A DNA stretch of 64,000 bases from Williopsis jadinii. Lineage: Eukaryota. Below are positions 53,847 through 63,874 of this stretch, in pieces. The stretch lies in assembly GCA_024346625.1 (NCBI GenBank), contig AP024664.1, positions 3,782,001 to 3,846,000 on the forward strand, in the 5' to 3' direction. The notes under the pieces were generated by a model, which did not search any database, was not told where the DNA came from, and worked only from the letters and a program-made list of their open reading frames with translations. The position numbers and the translations under genes were made by a program. Position 1 is the stretch's first letter; each line of letters starts with the position of its first letter.

Positions 53847-54558
53847 CACGTTGTTGATAAACACTCGCACTCCCTGAGCACCATACCTGGATATGAGCGG
53901 TAGCTGCTCTATCCGTGCATAGATGGGCACAATGTCGTGCGATGTGGTGGTATACTCATGCGCTGCGCACTGCGATGTTCACACCGTTAAGGTCGTCCGT
54001 AGGCGGCAACGTCGTAAAGCGTTGCGATAGCAAGACAACGTGGGCAAAACATCCATTTACCCATTTGGGAAACGTTGCCATATCTGGGGCCTTCGAAGCA
54101 TACAAAGTACTCAGCTCCGCCAACCAGCTGCCCGGGACACAAGGCTATATCAGCTATCGACGTCTTGGAATTCCAAAGGACAACCACGCACGCGTCACAA
54201 TGTACAATGGCAAGCGCTATGCAGTTCACCGCTCTACTGGACGTGTATTGCGTAGTAAACACATGTGCCCGAGCTGATGGCTCTTCCCCAGGCAGCCCCG
54301 TCAGTTGTGTGGCTACGCGCACGTGAGGTGCCGCTGTAACGGTGCTGGAAGGAAGGATCTGGAGCTGATTGCCACATGGCTCGTGACCTTTCCAGGCTCG
54401 TACAACAATTAAAGCAGGGTCCATACAGATTTACAAAGGGTTCAGCGACAGCGACACCTTTATAACCACGCTCGTCATTGAAGTCTCATCACGCAAAACG
54501 AGAACAAAGGTATATTGGGGGGCAAATGATCAACATGGGCTTCTCACCAGCACACGTG
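53847..54558. promoter_or_regulatory. Candidate Pho4 sites upstream of the alkaline phosphatase gene
   Basis: CACGTG at 54320 and 54553; CACGTT at 53847 and on the minus strand at 54037; TATATAAG near 55313. Confidence 0.45.
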
Positions 54559-55422
54559 GTTGATGGAATTGATCGGTGTAGTGTGCCTGGAATGGATTTG
54601 GCTCCGTTGCCCAGCAATTTCTCTTGGCTTTCTTCTGACGAGGCTGCCTAGAAGCGTCCGCTCGGAGCAGTCGCTTGCAAGGGTAAAAGAATCAAGTCCG
54701 AGCTGTGTGCTGCTTAGGCTATACGCTCTTCATTGGAGTCCAGGGGCACGAGTCCAAGGTGTACACACGCTGGTGGATGGTGTGGAGGGCCTCTCTTCCA
54801 TCACCACGCCGGCTGCGTGGTCAATTGAGTGCCCAATGCCTGCGAGCGTAGCAGTGTATCAGCTCCGTCGTCTCACCATCCATCGCTTGCTCCGTCTACA
54901 CACACATGGGTGGGGCGGAAACCACCTACATGACCCTACATCAACGTCTCCTTAGCCTAGGTCAATCGCTACACAACGCTTGAATTGTAGCGTATACTGC
55001 ACGGGTCAGTATACACCCGCTCTGGAATAGGAGTAATTGGATGCGTAGAGCCCTCGTGGGCTCCACCACGAGCACCGTGCTCCTGCGTCTCTCGTTCTGA
55101 TTGCTTGTCGTCTGTGGGCCCTCCACCTTGCCTCGTACTGGGAACTCCTCCCCGAACACATTTACATATGGCGATCTCTCTTGAGCCCAATTCCAGGCAC
55201 ATGGGACCACAGATGCTTCACTGTGTCTCCAGTCGCTATGCTTTGAGAGGAAGCCCTTTTTTTGCATACATGGGCTAATCTTTTTCAGTTGTACATCCCT
55301 GGTGGCTGAAAGTATATAAGGCCATCCAATTCTCTACTTCTGCTGCTCTACACGGCTTCTCTCGGAAAGACAGATTGTCTATCGCCTCACAGTATCGGTC
55401 TACAGCACACATACTATCTACA

Positions 55423-56895
55423 ATGAGACTCCCAACAGCCGTTCTCGTCTTAATCTTTGCCGCTTTGATTGAGGCCATCCCAATCAAGTACAACACCAAG
55501 AAGAACATCATCTTCATGGTTTCCGATGGTATGGGTCTCTCCGCCATGACCACCGCCCGTCAGTTCATCGAGACCAGGGACAACTTGACCTATGAGCAGG
55601 CCAGCTTGGAGATGGAGAACTACTTGATTGGTTCTGTCCGTACTCAGTCTTCCTCCACCTTGATTACCGACTCCGCTGCAGCAGGTTCTGCAATCGCTAA
55701 CGGTGTCAAGACCTACAACGGTGCGATCTCTGTGGACCCAGAAGGGAACCCAAGAGGTACCTTCTACGAAGGTGCTAAGCTTCTCAACTACAGTACTGGT
55801 ATCGTCTCAACAACCTTTGTTCAAGACGCCACCATCTGTACGCCAAACACCCACGTCTTGTCTAGAAGATACTACGACCTGATCGCTGAGCAACAGTTGG
55901 GTTACGGCCATCCATTGGGCCAGACCATGGACATTGTTATGGGTGGTGGTAGACAGTACTTGCACGGTGTCAACTCGACTCAATACCAAACCAAGGGTAA
56001 AAGATCTGATGGTGTTGACTACATCCAAAAGGCCCAAGATGATGGCTGGACTTACATCGGTGACAGAGAGTCCTTCGATGAGCTCTACGACGATGAGTCT
56101 GATGAGGCTCAATTGCCATTGTTGGCCATTTTCGGTGCCAACAGTTTGCCAATGGAGATGGACAGAAACGCCACTGAAGTCCCATCTTTGACCGAAATGT
56201 CCCTTTTGGCCATCGACCAGCTTGTCAAGGCCACTGAGAACTCCACCACTGGTTTCGTCTTGTTGTTGGAGGGTGCCAGAATTGATCACGCTGGTCACGC
56301 CAATGACCCAAGAGCCATTGTTGATGATACCGTTGCCCATGCTGACGCTTTCAAGGCCGTCATTGACCGTGTTTCTCAATTGGACACTGAGACCATTGTC
56401 GTCTCTACTTCCGACCACGAATGTGGTGGTCTTGGTCTTGGTTACAACGGTGACTACGAATGGTGGCCAGAAAACTTGCTCGGTATCACCACCTCCACCG
56501 AGTACGCCATTAACCTCTTGGATGCGTACGACGGTGCTAACGAAACCAAGGCTGAGTGGTTCAGAACTGAGGTGTTGGAAGGTCAGATGAACTTCACCAA
56601 CTACACCAGTGAGGAGATTGATGAGGTTCTTGCCTCCGACTCCCCACAAGTGTCTCTTGCCCACTTGGTTTCTAGAGCTGCCAACTTGGGCTGGACCTCC
56701 ACTGCCCACACTCAACAAGACGTTCCACTGTACGCATGGGCCAACACCGAGGGCGCATACTTGAGAACCCTTGCTGCTCTTGGTTCTTCCATCGAAAACA
56801 CCGAGATCCCAGAGTTCTTTGCCAGAGAGCTGGGTGTCGATTTGGATGAGGTCACTGAATTGATCAAGGACATCCAAACCAGTCCAGACAACTAA
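55423..56895 (+). CDS. Alkaline phosphatase (PhoA/Pho8 family) with cleavable signal peptide
   Basis: KNIIFMVSDGMG, catalytic ITDSAA, EGARIDHAGH, TSDHECGG, HT..DVPLYA; MRLPTAVLVLIFAALIEA signal; many NxS/T sites. Confidence 0.93.
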   Translation: MRLPTAVLVLIFAALIEAIPIKYNTKKNIIFMVSDGMGLSAMTTARQFIETRDNLTYEQASLEMENYLIGSVRTQSSSTLITDSAAAGSAIANGVKTYNGAISVDPEGNPRGTFYEGAKLLNYSTGIVSTTFVQDATICTPNTHVLSRRYYDLIAEQQLGYGHPLGQTMDIVMGGGRQYLHGVNSTQYQTKGKRSDGVDYIQKAQDDGWTYIGDRESFDELYDDESDEAQLPLLAIFGANSLPMEMDRNATEVPSLTEMSLLAIDQLVKATENSTTGFVLLLEGARIDHAGHANDPRAIVDDTVAHADAFKAVIDRVSQLDTETIVVSTSDHECGGLGLGYNGDYEWWPENLLGITTSTEYAINLLDAYDGANETKAEWFRTEVLEGQMNFTNYTSEEIDEVLASDSPQVSLAHLVSRAANLGWTSTAHTQQDVPLYAWANTEGAYLRTLAALGSSIENTEIPEFFARELGVDLDEVTELIKDIQTSPDN

Positions 56896-57108
56896 TCCTT
56901 GAGGCTACGCTGATACCAAAAAAAAACCTATGTTTTAACCTTTTCTCTTGTCGTCTTATACAACGGTAACGTGCTCTTTTCAGAGTATTGCTTACGCTGT
57001 TTCTTTCTTTATCTTTTGTCCATCGTCTACTACAATGCTACTGTGGTTGAATGTACAATTTTCTCTTCTTTTAAGACATTGCCCTACGTAGTGTGTACTC
57101 ATAAAACT

Positions 57109-57147
57109 GTTGGATGTATGGACATGCGGTTGGATGTATGGACATGC
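57109..57147. repeat. Direct repeat GTTGGATGTATGGACATGC x2 (20-bp period)
   Basis: Copies at 57109 and 57129 in a convergent intergenic region. Confidence 0.85.
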
Positions 57148-57273
57148 ACTGTTGAACTCTAAGTGACACAAAACATTTGTGAGTTTTCACTTGAATTGGA
57201 GGATTTTGCTCATGAACGCCTATTTAGCCAGCCGAGAGTGTCATATATGTCATATATCCAGCCCATTGATCAC

Positions 57274-58293
57274 TCATAGCTTTGGGTTTATCCCCTTGAG
57301 CAGCTGAACTGCTCTAATGCCCATCCCGAGCCCTGATTGATAGCCGTAGCCACTCGCGCCGTAATTATGGATGACAATCTTACCATCTTCAACAACTTCA
57401 CGTGCTATACGCACGCCACCGTGTCTACTAGGTCTTAGCCCACACACAACACGAACGATGACCAAAGGCTTGTCCAGGATCCTTGGTAAAAGCTCCGTGG
57501 TTCTTCTCAAAATGTCCTGAGTTTGTTCCTTGAAGGTGTCTGCCGTCCAATCGTCCTTCTGAAGGAACCCTCCCAGGACCAGCTCGCCATCAGAGTCTGG
57601 TCTTGGAATGATGTAAGTAGCCGTTCCGTCTCCCCATCTCATTCTGTTCTCCTGGATATGAGGAGCCTTCACAAGAACGACTTGTCCCCTTGTGGGATAA
57701 ACATTCGTGTCTCTTACTCCACCAAGGGAACGTGCTCCGATACCAGAACAGTTGAAGACTACTTTGGTGTTGGCGGAGATGAATCCCTGGGTGATGTGGC
57801 TCAAAGTCTTTCTTGTGAACTTGACACCAGTGGACTCCAGATACTGCTGAAACTTACCTAAGAAGAAAGGACAGTTGAAGTTCCATGATGTGAAACTAAT
57901 GCCAAAGGCACAACCTCTAGGCAAATCCTTCTTCTCAACGATAGCAAAATCTTTCAAATAAGATCTATACGAAGCGATCTTCTTATCCCCAGGATAAGCC
58001 TCCCAGAACTCTGCACTTGGTCGATTCTCAAGGCCACATTTACTCCCACCGAGTGCCCTTTGAAGTCGACCAAGGTTCATATACGTCAGCTTGTCGAAGA
58101 GCAAAGTGTCATCGTCATCTGACGTTATACAACTGAAGTTTCCGCCAGCATAAGGCGAGGTATAGTTGATGCTCTCATCGCCAGGAAGGAATTGAGCAAT
58201 CACGGTGATTTTCTCTGGTGCTACACCAGAATCAATCAAGCTCCAGGTGGTATATAACCCGATTATACCAGCTCCAATCACAGTGTACTCCAT
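57274..58293 (-). CDS. D-amino acid oxidase (second paralogue, intronless)
   Basis: VIGAGIIG, TSPYAGGNFSCI, YPTRGQV, GLRPSRHGG, HNYGASGYGYQ; PTS1-like -PKL; ATG at 58293. Resembles Candida boidinii DAO1 as recalled from memory. Confidence 0.93.
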   Translation of the reverse strand: MEYTVIGAGIIGLYTTWSLIDSGVAPEKITVIAQFLPGDESINYTSPYAGGNFSCITSDDDDTLLFDKLTYMNLGRLQRALGGSKCGLENRPSAEFWEAYPGDKKIASYRSYLKDFAIVEKKDLPRGCAFGISFTSWNFNCPFFLGKFQQYLESTGVKFTRKTLSHITQGFISANTKVVFNCSGIGARSLGGVRDTNVYPTRGQVVLVKAPHIQENRMRWGDGTATYIIPRPDSDGELVLGGFLQKDDWTADTFKEQTQDILRRTTELLPRILDKPLVIVRVVCGLRPSRHGGVRIAREVVEDGKIVIHNYGASGYGYQSGLGMGIRAVQLLKGINPKL

Positions 58294-58780
58294 AACTACT
58301 GCTTTGGATAACAACGGAATGCGATGCAGTTTCCAACACAGAGAAATGCAAGCAGGCTATATATACACAACATACATCACAAGAGTTTTGTACATTACGA
58401 ACTACAGAGCAACAGTGACTGAGCCAGTCTTTGATCAGGTGAGTGGTTATACACGAGTCTCGTCGTATTGACTTAGTCTTCCACGGCTAAAGACATGAGA
58501 CCCATACGATGGGGCAGAAAAATTCCGATCACTCTATCTTCATTTCTTTCGCCCGATTTGGGGTGCGATACGACGGGCATCATCAGCTTTTACAACCGTG
58601 CAAATACGACGAGAATGGTGACCAAACCACACCAATGGTCGTATAGCACCTTATCTCTAAGGCTTCTCTACGACCAGCTTAGACCATGTGCCCCAATATG
58701 AATCCTTGTACCTTAAAAAGCGTCCTGTATCACTTTTCTTTGAACAAAACATCATCAATTGGATCAGAGACAAACATACT

Positions 58781-61753
58781 ATGACTTTAGACAAGAGAAG
58801 ACTGCTCGTTGGTGTTGACGTTGGAGGCACCAACTCCGATCTCGTTGTGCTCGACCCTTCAAGGCTTGAAGAGGAGGATAGAGGTGTCATCGCATGGCAC
58901 AAATCTGTGACAACTCCTGATGTATCCGTTGGTATTGAGAAGAGTATCCAAACGGTCTTGGAGAACCCAGCACATGGTATTCGGAAAGATGAAATCGTTT
59001 CCGTGACCATTGGAACGACTCATTTCATCAACGCTGTTATTGAAAGAGACTCCAATAGGCTGGAGAAGGTTGCTGTTATAAGACTCTCAGGGCCTTTTGG
59101 TAGATCATTACCACCTTTCGGTGACTTCCCTGAGGATCTGGCGAATGTCATCAACGGTTACCATGCCTTCTTGGATGGTGGCTCTAAAGTTGACGGTGAG
59201 GACATCAGACCACTAGACGAGGCCGGCTTGATTGAACACTGCTCGCGTATAGGCAAGTTGGGCATTTCAGCTATTGCAGTCGTTGGAACATTTGCCAATA
59301 TGAATCCAGCACATGAGTTGAGAGCCAGGGAAATCATCAAAGAACAGCTCCCAGAGTGCGATGTTGTCCTCTCACATCAAATCTCAGGTATCGGGTTTGT
59401 CGAGCGTGAGAATGCCACCGTGCTCAATGCTTCGATTAAGAAGTTTGGTAGAAAGATCATCAAGTCCTTTGTCCATGCTACGAAAAAGATTGGTCTGAAC
59501 TGTATCGTTTTGCTCTCACAGAATGATGGTACTGTCTTGTCTGTGAAAGATGCCTTGGAGGCTCCTATCAGGACGTTCTCTTCAGGTGCCACCAATTCGA
59601 TGAGAGGAGCTGCTATCTTGTGCTCAAATGACCCAGACGTTAAAGGAAAGCAAGTTATGGTCTGTGATGTCGGTGGCACCACAACAGATGTTGGTCAATT
59701 ACTTCCTTCTGGGTTCCCACGACAATCATCCATGTACTCCTACGCTGGTGGAGTGAAAATGAACTTCTCCATGCCTCACGTTGAATCTATTGGCCTGGGT
59801 GGTGGTTCCATCGTGAGATCTGATGGCGATTCCCTCTCTGTTGGACCAGACTCCACAGGTGCTGATATCATCACTAAATCCATTCTATTTGGTGGTGATA
59901 CTATCACCACGTCAGACTTGACACTCGCAAAGTATGTGGATGATCACGGCGTCGATTCATTGCCTGATACCATGACCATGGGTGATCCGCAGAAAGTCCT
60001 AGGTCTATTTGGAGAAGATATGAAACAAAAGTATTCCGATGTTGTCAAAAGACTTCTGGAGAAGGTCATTGATCGTATGAAGACCTCCAAGGATCCACTT
60101 CCAGTTATTTTTGTCGGTGGTGGCTCCTTCATTGCACCTGAGGTGTTGGAAGGAGCATCTAAGGTTATCAAACCACCATATTTCCAAGTTGCAAATGCCA
60201 TTGGTGCAGCTTTGGGTAAAATCTCTGCAACTGTCTCTGAGATCAGAGCCATCCAGGACACAGAGGAAGCAAAGAAGAACGTCATTGAAGAGCTGAAGAC
60301 AAAGGCTTCCTCTATGGCAGTATCTCGTGGAGCATTAGAGTCCTCCATAACTGTTGCAAATGTGGTTTCTGATGCGGTTCCATACTTGTCGAACATCTAT
60401 CTCTTCGAGGTTAAAGTCGTCGGTGATGTCGACTATGACTCAGATCTGCTTGTAGGTCCTGTTGACAATATATTTGTTGGTGAAGAGGAGGAATACATTC
60501 CCGAAGAAGTGTTCAAATGTGCCTCAGCATACAAGAAGGAAAAGATCGACATTGACTACAACTCCTATAGACCTACCATATGTGACCATGTGTGGACCCT
60601 GAGTGAGGTTGATATTGACTTCATTGGCTGTGGTGCGTATATTCTTGGCTGTGGAGGTGGTGGTGATCCAAACAGTTCTGTCATTGAGCTAAAGAATCTT
60701 ATCAAGAATGGTGCAAAGATTACTGTTGTGACATTGGATAAATTCGAAGAGATGACAGGAGGTGAAGGAAGAGCAGCAAAGGTTGCTTACTACGGATCAC
60801 CAACTGTTTCTGGTGAGAGGTTGCACGCTGACGAAATCCTGGAGTGCTTGGATATCATTGAGAAGTACGAAGGAAAATGTATTGATGGTATCTTCAACTT
60901 TGAAGTCGGTGGTGCTAATGGCTTGTGTGGCTTGTGGGCAGCGTACCAGCAAGGCATCCCATTCATTGATATGGATTCGTTAGGAAGAGCCTATCCAACC
61001 ATCTGGCAATCTTTGACCTCAGTTGTGCATGATGGAAAGGGTTATCCATACACATCGTTGTCGAATGGTAATGGCTTGCAACTGATCGTCACGTCCTCGG
61101 TATGCGACTCGCAAATGGAGAACGTCTTACGTGATGTCCTGTATCATCAAGGTGTCCATGGTGCCTGTGTGATGCCAACTTTGAACATCGCAGCAGCAAG
61201 GGCTGAAACTGCCATTGACACTATCTCGCTGTCTTGGAGAATTGGTCGTGCTGTGTTCCAGGCAAGAACCAACTCTGATCTGGACAACCTCGTTCCAAGA
61301 ATCACAGCAGCTGTTGGAGCATCATCAACAGCCTGTCTTTTCAAAGGAAAGATTGTTAGTGTCGAGAAAATCCTCAAAAGAGGCTATGGCTATGGTATTG
61401 TTGAGCTGGAAGGGCTGGATAAGCATCACGACTCTAGAATCAAGATCCCATTCAAGAATGAGAACATTGTTGTCTACAAAGTTGAAGATGATGGCAGTCA
61501 GAGCTTAATGTGCTCCGTTCCAGATTTGATTACCCTTGTCGACTTGGATGGTAACGCAATTGGCACACAGGATTATAGGTATGGATTGATTGTCTACGTG
61601 ATGGCATTTTCACCTGATGATAAGTGGATCACTCCAAAGGCCATTGAGATTGGTGGTCCAAAGGGTTTTGGCGAAGACTTTGAGAACTTGGAATACAAGC
61701 CAATTGGAAAGTTTGCTCCAACAATCCCTGTTGCAACAGAATTCAACTCTTAA
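58781..61753 (+). CDS. Hydantoinase A/oxoprolinase - DUF917 fusion protein
   Basis: N-half: GVDVGGTNSD, IGTTHFINA, SGATNSMRGA, DVGGTTTDVG, SIGLGGGS, VANAIGAA. C-half: GAYILGCGGGGDP, EVGGANG, GRAYP, SVPDLI, YRYG. ATG at 58781. Confidence 0.92.
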   Translation: MTLDKRRLLVGVDVGGTNSDLVVLDPSRLEEEDRGVIAWHKSVTTPDVSVGIEKSIQTVLENPAHGIRKDEIVSVTIGTTHFINAVIERDSNRLEKVAVIRLSGPFGRSLPPFGDFPEDLANVINGYHAFLDGGSKVDGEDIRPLDEAGLIEHCSRIGKLGISAIAVVGTFANMNPAHELRAREIIKEQLPECDVVLSHQISGIGFVERENATVLNASIKKFGRKIIKSFVHATKKIGLNCIVLLSQNDGTVLSVKDALEAPIRTFSSGATNSMRGAAILCSNDPDVKGKQVMVCDVGGTTTDVGQLLPSGFPRQSSMYSYAGGVKMNFSMPHVESIGLGGGSIVRSDGDSLSVGPDSTGADIITKSILFGGDTITTSDLTLAKYVDDHGVDSLPDTMTMGDPQKVLGLFGEDMKQKYSDVVKRLLEKVIDRMKTSKDPLPVIFVGGGSFIAPEVLEGASKVIKPPYFQVANAIGAALGKISATVSEIRAIQDTEEAKKNVIEELKTKASSMAVSRGALESSITVANVVSDAVPYLSNIYLFEVKVVGDVDYDSDLLVGPVDNIFVGEEEEYIPEEVFKCASAYKKEKIDIDYNSYRPTICDHVWTLSEVDIDFIGCGAYILGCGGGGDPNSSVIELKNLIKNGAKITVVTLDKFEEMTGGEGRAAKVAYYGSPTVSGERLHADEILECLDIIEKYEGKCIDGIFNFEVGGANGLCGLWAAYQQGIPFIDMDSLGRAYPTIWQSLTSVVHDGKGYPYTSLSNGNGLQLIVTSSVCDSQMENVLRDVLYHQGVHGACVMPTLNIAAARAETAIDTISLSWRIGRAVFQARTNSDLDNLVPRITAAVGASSTACLFKGKIVSVEKILKRGYGYGIVELEGLDKHHDSRIKIPFKNENIVVYKVEDDGSQSLMCSVPDLITLVDLDGNAIGTQDYRYGLIVYVMAFSPDDKWITPKAIEIGGPKGFGEDFENLEYKPIGKFAPTIPVATEFNS

Positions 61754-61847
61754 ACTATGTGAAATACATTCTATCTTTTTAGCTGAAAAACCTGACTACA
61801 GTGTAGCATCTACTGTTTTTGACCTTTTCCAGTACGTGAGATACATA

Positions 61848-63674
61848 TCAAATCAGAGCAAAGTCCTGGTTTGGATCTACCAGGTTATCCAGATTACCAT
61901 TGTCCAGTGCTTGACCAATGTTTTCTAGCCCGTCAAGGGACTTCTCAACAACATACATCCCATTCCCTAGGAGCTGGTGTAGCAATTCAACAAAGCAGCT
62001 ATAGAGTCTCTGGTCCTCCAGTATCAACGATACCAGACCACCAATGTATATTTCCCAATGGCAATACACGCCTGCTGTTGAGTGGTAGGGCATGCAGAGA
62101 ACAGATTCAAGAAGCTCTTCCACCATCCGTGTCAAAACTTCATGATCTTTTATCCCAATAAAGAACACTGTGAGATACAGGTCAAGACCCAAACAGTGGA
62201 TAGTATTGGAGTGTTTCAATGTGCAATCCCACATGAAGTCTTTGAGTGTTGATCTTTTGTAATTCTGTCTTTTCAGCAGCTGTAGTTCTGCTCTTAACTC
62301 ATATCCAAATGATTTGATCTGGCCTTCAACTCCTGGATTCTTATCTTGGAGAGCATACTTGACCAAGTTGGTTCCGCAGAGGTTAACACCCTTGTCCTTC
62401 CAGTCTTTCAAGAACAGCTGTAGCTTATGGACTATTGGCTTCATCCCCTTGGAATAACCACATATCAGAACTATTCCGTTGTTTAATACTGATGTCATGT
62501 GCTGCTCGACTTCCTGCTCGTCAGGAGACTCCAGCCAGGCGAGGTTATCCCAACCATGATTAGAGCTGATTTGTGCCACGAACTGAGAGAACTGGAACCA
62601 TTCGACAAGAATATCCAGCAGCTGCAACGCAGCACGATCAGCATGGTTGTAGGACCTTGCTGTATGTTTCAAGTTGGAAGATTTATGCAGTAACTGTTGA
62701 CAACCATGAAAGTGAGTTCTCCAGCTGCTATCTGATACGTTGGCTGCAAAGATGATGACAACAGCAAATGTGAGACTCACGTACTCTGCGAAGCTTGTTG
62801 AGTTATCTATTCTGTCACTCAATACATCTAAGCAGATCTTGAAGACTGGTATTCTGACATTTTTATCCCAAAGCTCTATCTTTTCGTTCATGTTCTCCTT
62901 TGCGTAGACTTCCTTCATCAACATTGAGCAGTCGTAGAGCACAATGCTATGTATTATCGGGAATATTCTTCCAAGGGTTAGGAGGACATCAATAACCTCC
63001 ATGAATGTCTCATCTGGATACATCGAGAAGTTGAAGAAGAAATGGGTTGATTTTACCAGCGTCCATGCAAAATCCAGCAGGGACTTATCATTGAGATGGA
63101 TTGTGGGATAAATCTCTGGCTCAAACTTGTTGAATGAGCCGAGATAGTCCACAACGATATGGCTCTTCCATTGTAAGTCAAAAAGATCATAATTGGGCAC
63201 AAAGGTCTCCTGCTCGAATATGAAATCGTCAAAGGTATGGTCCAATGAGCTCATGAAGTCAAGATCACCTGGAAGAACAAGCACCAAATCGTCCACCGTT
63301 AGGTTCAGCGGTGTTCCCAACTCATTGCTAATGTTCTGTGTGGTGAGATCTTGTCCTGTGCTCCGCTGTGACTCTTCAATCATTGAGCAATCGTTACCAT
63401 TGTTGCAACCCATATCAGTCTCTGTAACCATTGGCTGGACCACAGCAGCTCCCACCGCTGCCGTATCAAGGGGCCTTCCAGCCGTATTCTGCTGAGAGCT
63501 ATTCTCAACAATAAACGGCACCTTGTACGTACACGGGAGATCCAGTCGAGTGCACCTTTTACACACTGGTGATTGCTCGTCACATTTGACATGGGCCTTC
63601 TTGCATTGGACACATCCTATTCTGGAGTAGCCAGTTGGCTTTCTCTTATAGCGTAAGGGCTTCTTCCTTCCCAT
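61848..63674 (-). CDS. Zn2Cys6 transcription factor (Lys14/Arg81/Uga3-like architecture)
   Basis: YSRIGCVQCKKAHVKCDEQSPVCKRCTRLDLPCTY; C-terminal W..H..G...L fungal TF domain. Confidence 0.9.
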   Translation of the reverse strand: MGRKKPLRYKRKPTGYSRIGCVQCKKAHVKCDEQSPVCKRCTRLDLPCTYKVPFIVENSSQQNTAGRPLDTAAVGAAVVQPMVTETDMGCNNGNDCSMIEESQRSTGQDLTTQNISNELGTPLNLTVDDLVLVLPGDLDFMSSLDHTFDDFIFEQETFVPNYDLFDLQWKSHIVVDYLGSFNKFEPEIYPTIHLNDKSLLDFAWTLVKSTHFFFNFSMYPDETFMEVIDVLLTLGRIFPIIHSIVLYDCSMLMKEVYAKENMNEKIELWDKNVRIPVFKICLDVLSDRIDNSTSFAEYVSLTFAVVIIFAANVSDSSWRTHFHGCQQLLHKSSNLKHTARSYNHADRAALQLLDILVEWFQFSQFVAQISSNHGWDNLAWLESPDEQEVEQHMTSVLNNGIVLICGYSKGMKPIVHKLQLFLKDWKDKGVNLCGTNLVKYALQDKNPGVEGQIKSFGYELRAELQLLKRQNYKRSTLKDFMWDCTLKHSNTIHCLGLDLYLTVFFIGIKDHEVLTRMVEELLESVLCMPYHSTAGVYCHWEIYIGGLVSLILEDQRLYSCFVELLHQLLGNGMYVVEKSLDGLENIGQALDNGNLDNLVDPNQDFALI

Positions 63675-63842
63675 TGGGGATTCTCGCTGAAGTGACAGTC
63701 AACAAACTGAGAGAACCCGGTAGCAAGGATCAACAACTGGGTAAACTTGCAAGATATAAAGAAGCATTGATGCTCGCTTACAACTGCTACGTAGATAAAA
63801 TACTCGATGCTGTGGAATGCAAGGTTTAAAGCTTATCTATGT

Positions 63843-63874
63843 GGTGTATGGGTGTTTGGGTGTTGAGATGTTGA
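63843..63874. repeat. Second 8-bp-period GGTGT array / Rap1-like site
   Basis: GGTGTATG GGTGTTTG GGTGTTGA GATGTTGA; contains GGTGTATGGGTGT, matching the Rap1 consensus. Confidence 0.6.

Noticed and set aside
53672..55267. Several 60-145 aa ORFs in the phosphatase upstream region
   Set aside because: They overlap each other in many frames, mostly have non-ATG starts and show no motifs; treated as promoter DNA.
55807..56877. 356-aa antisense ORF over the alkaline phosphatase (also 26758-27810 over MSF1, 30699-31430 over SPS2, 25439-26098 over MRPL16)
   Set aside because: These overlap well-supported genes on the opposite strand, are explained by codon bias, and carry no recognisable motifs.
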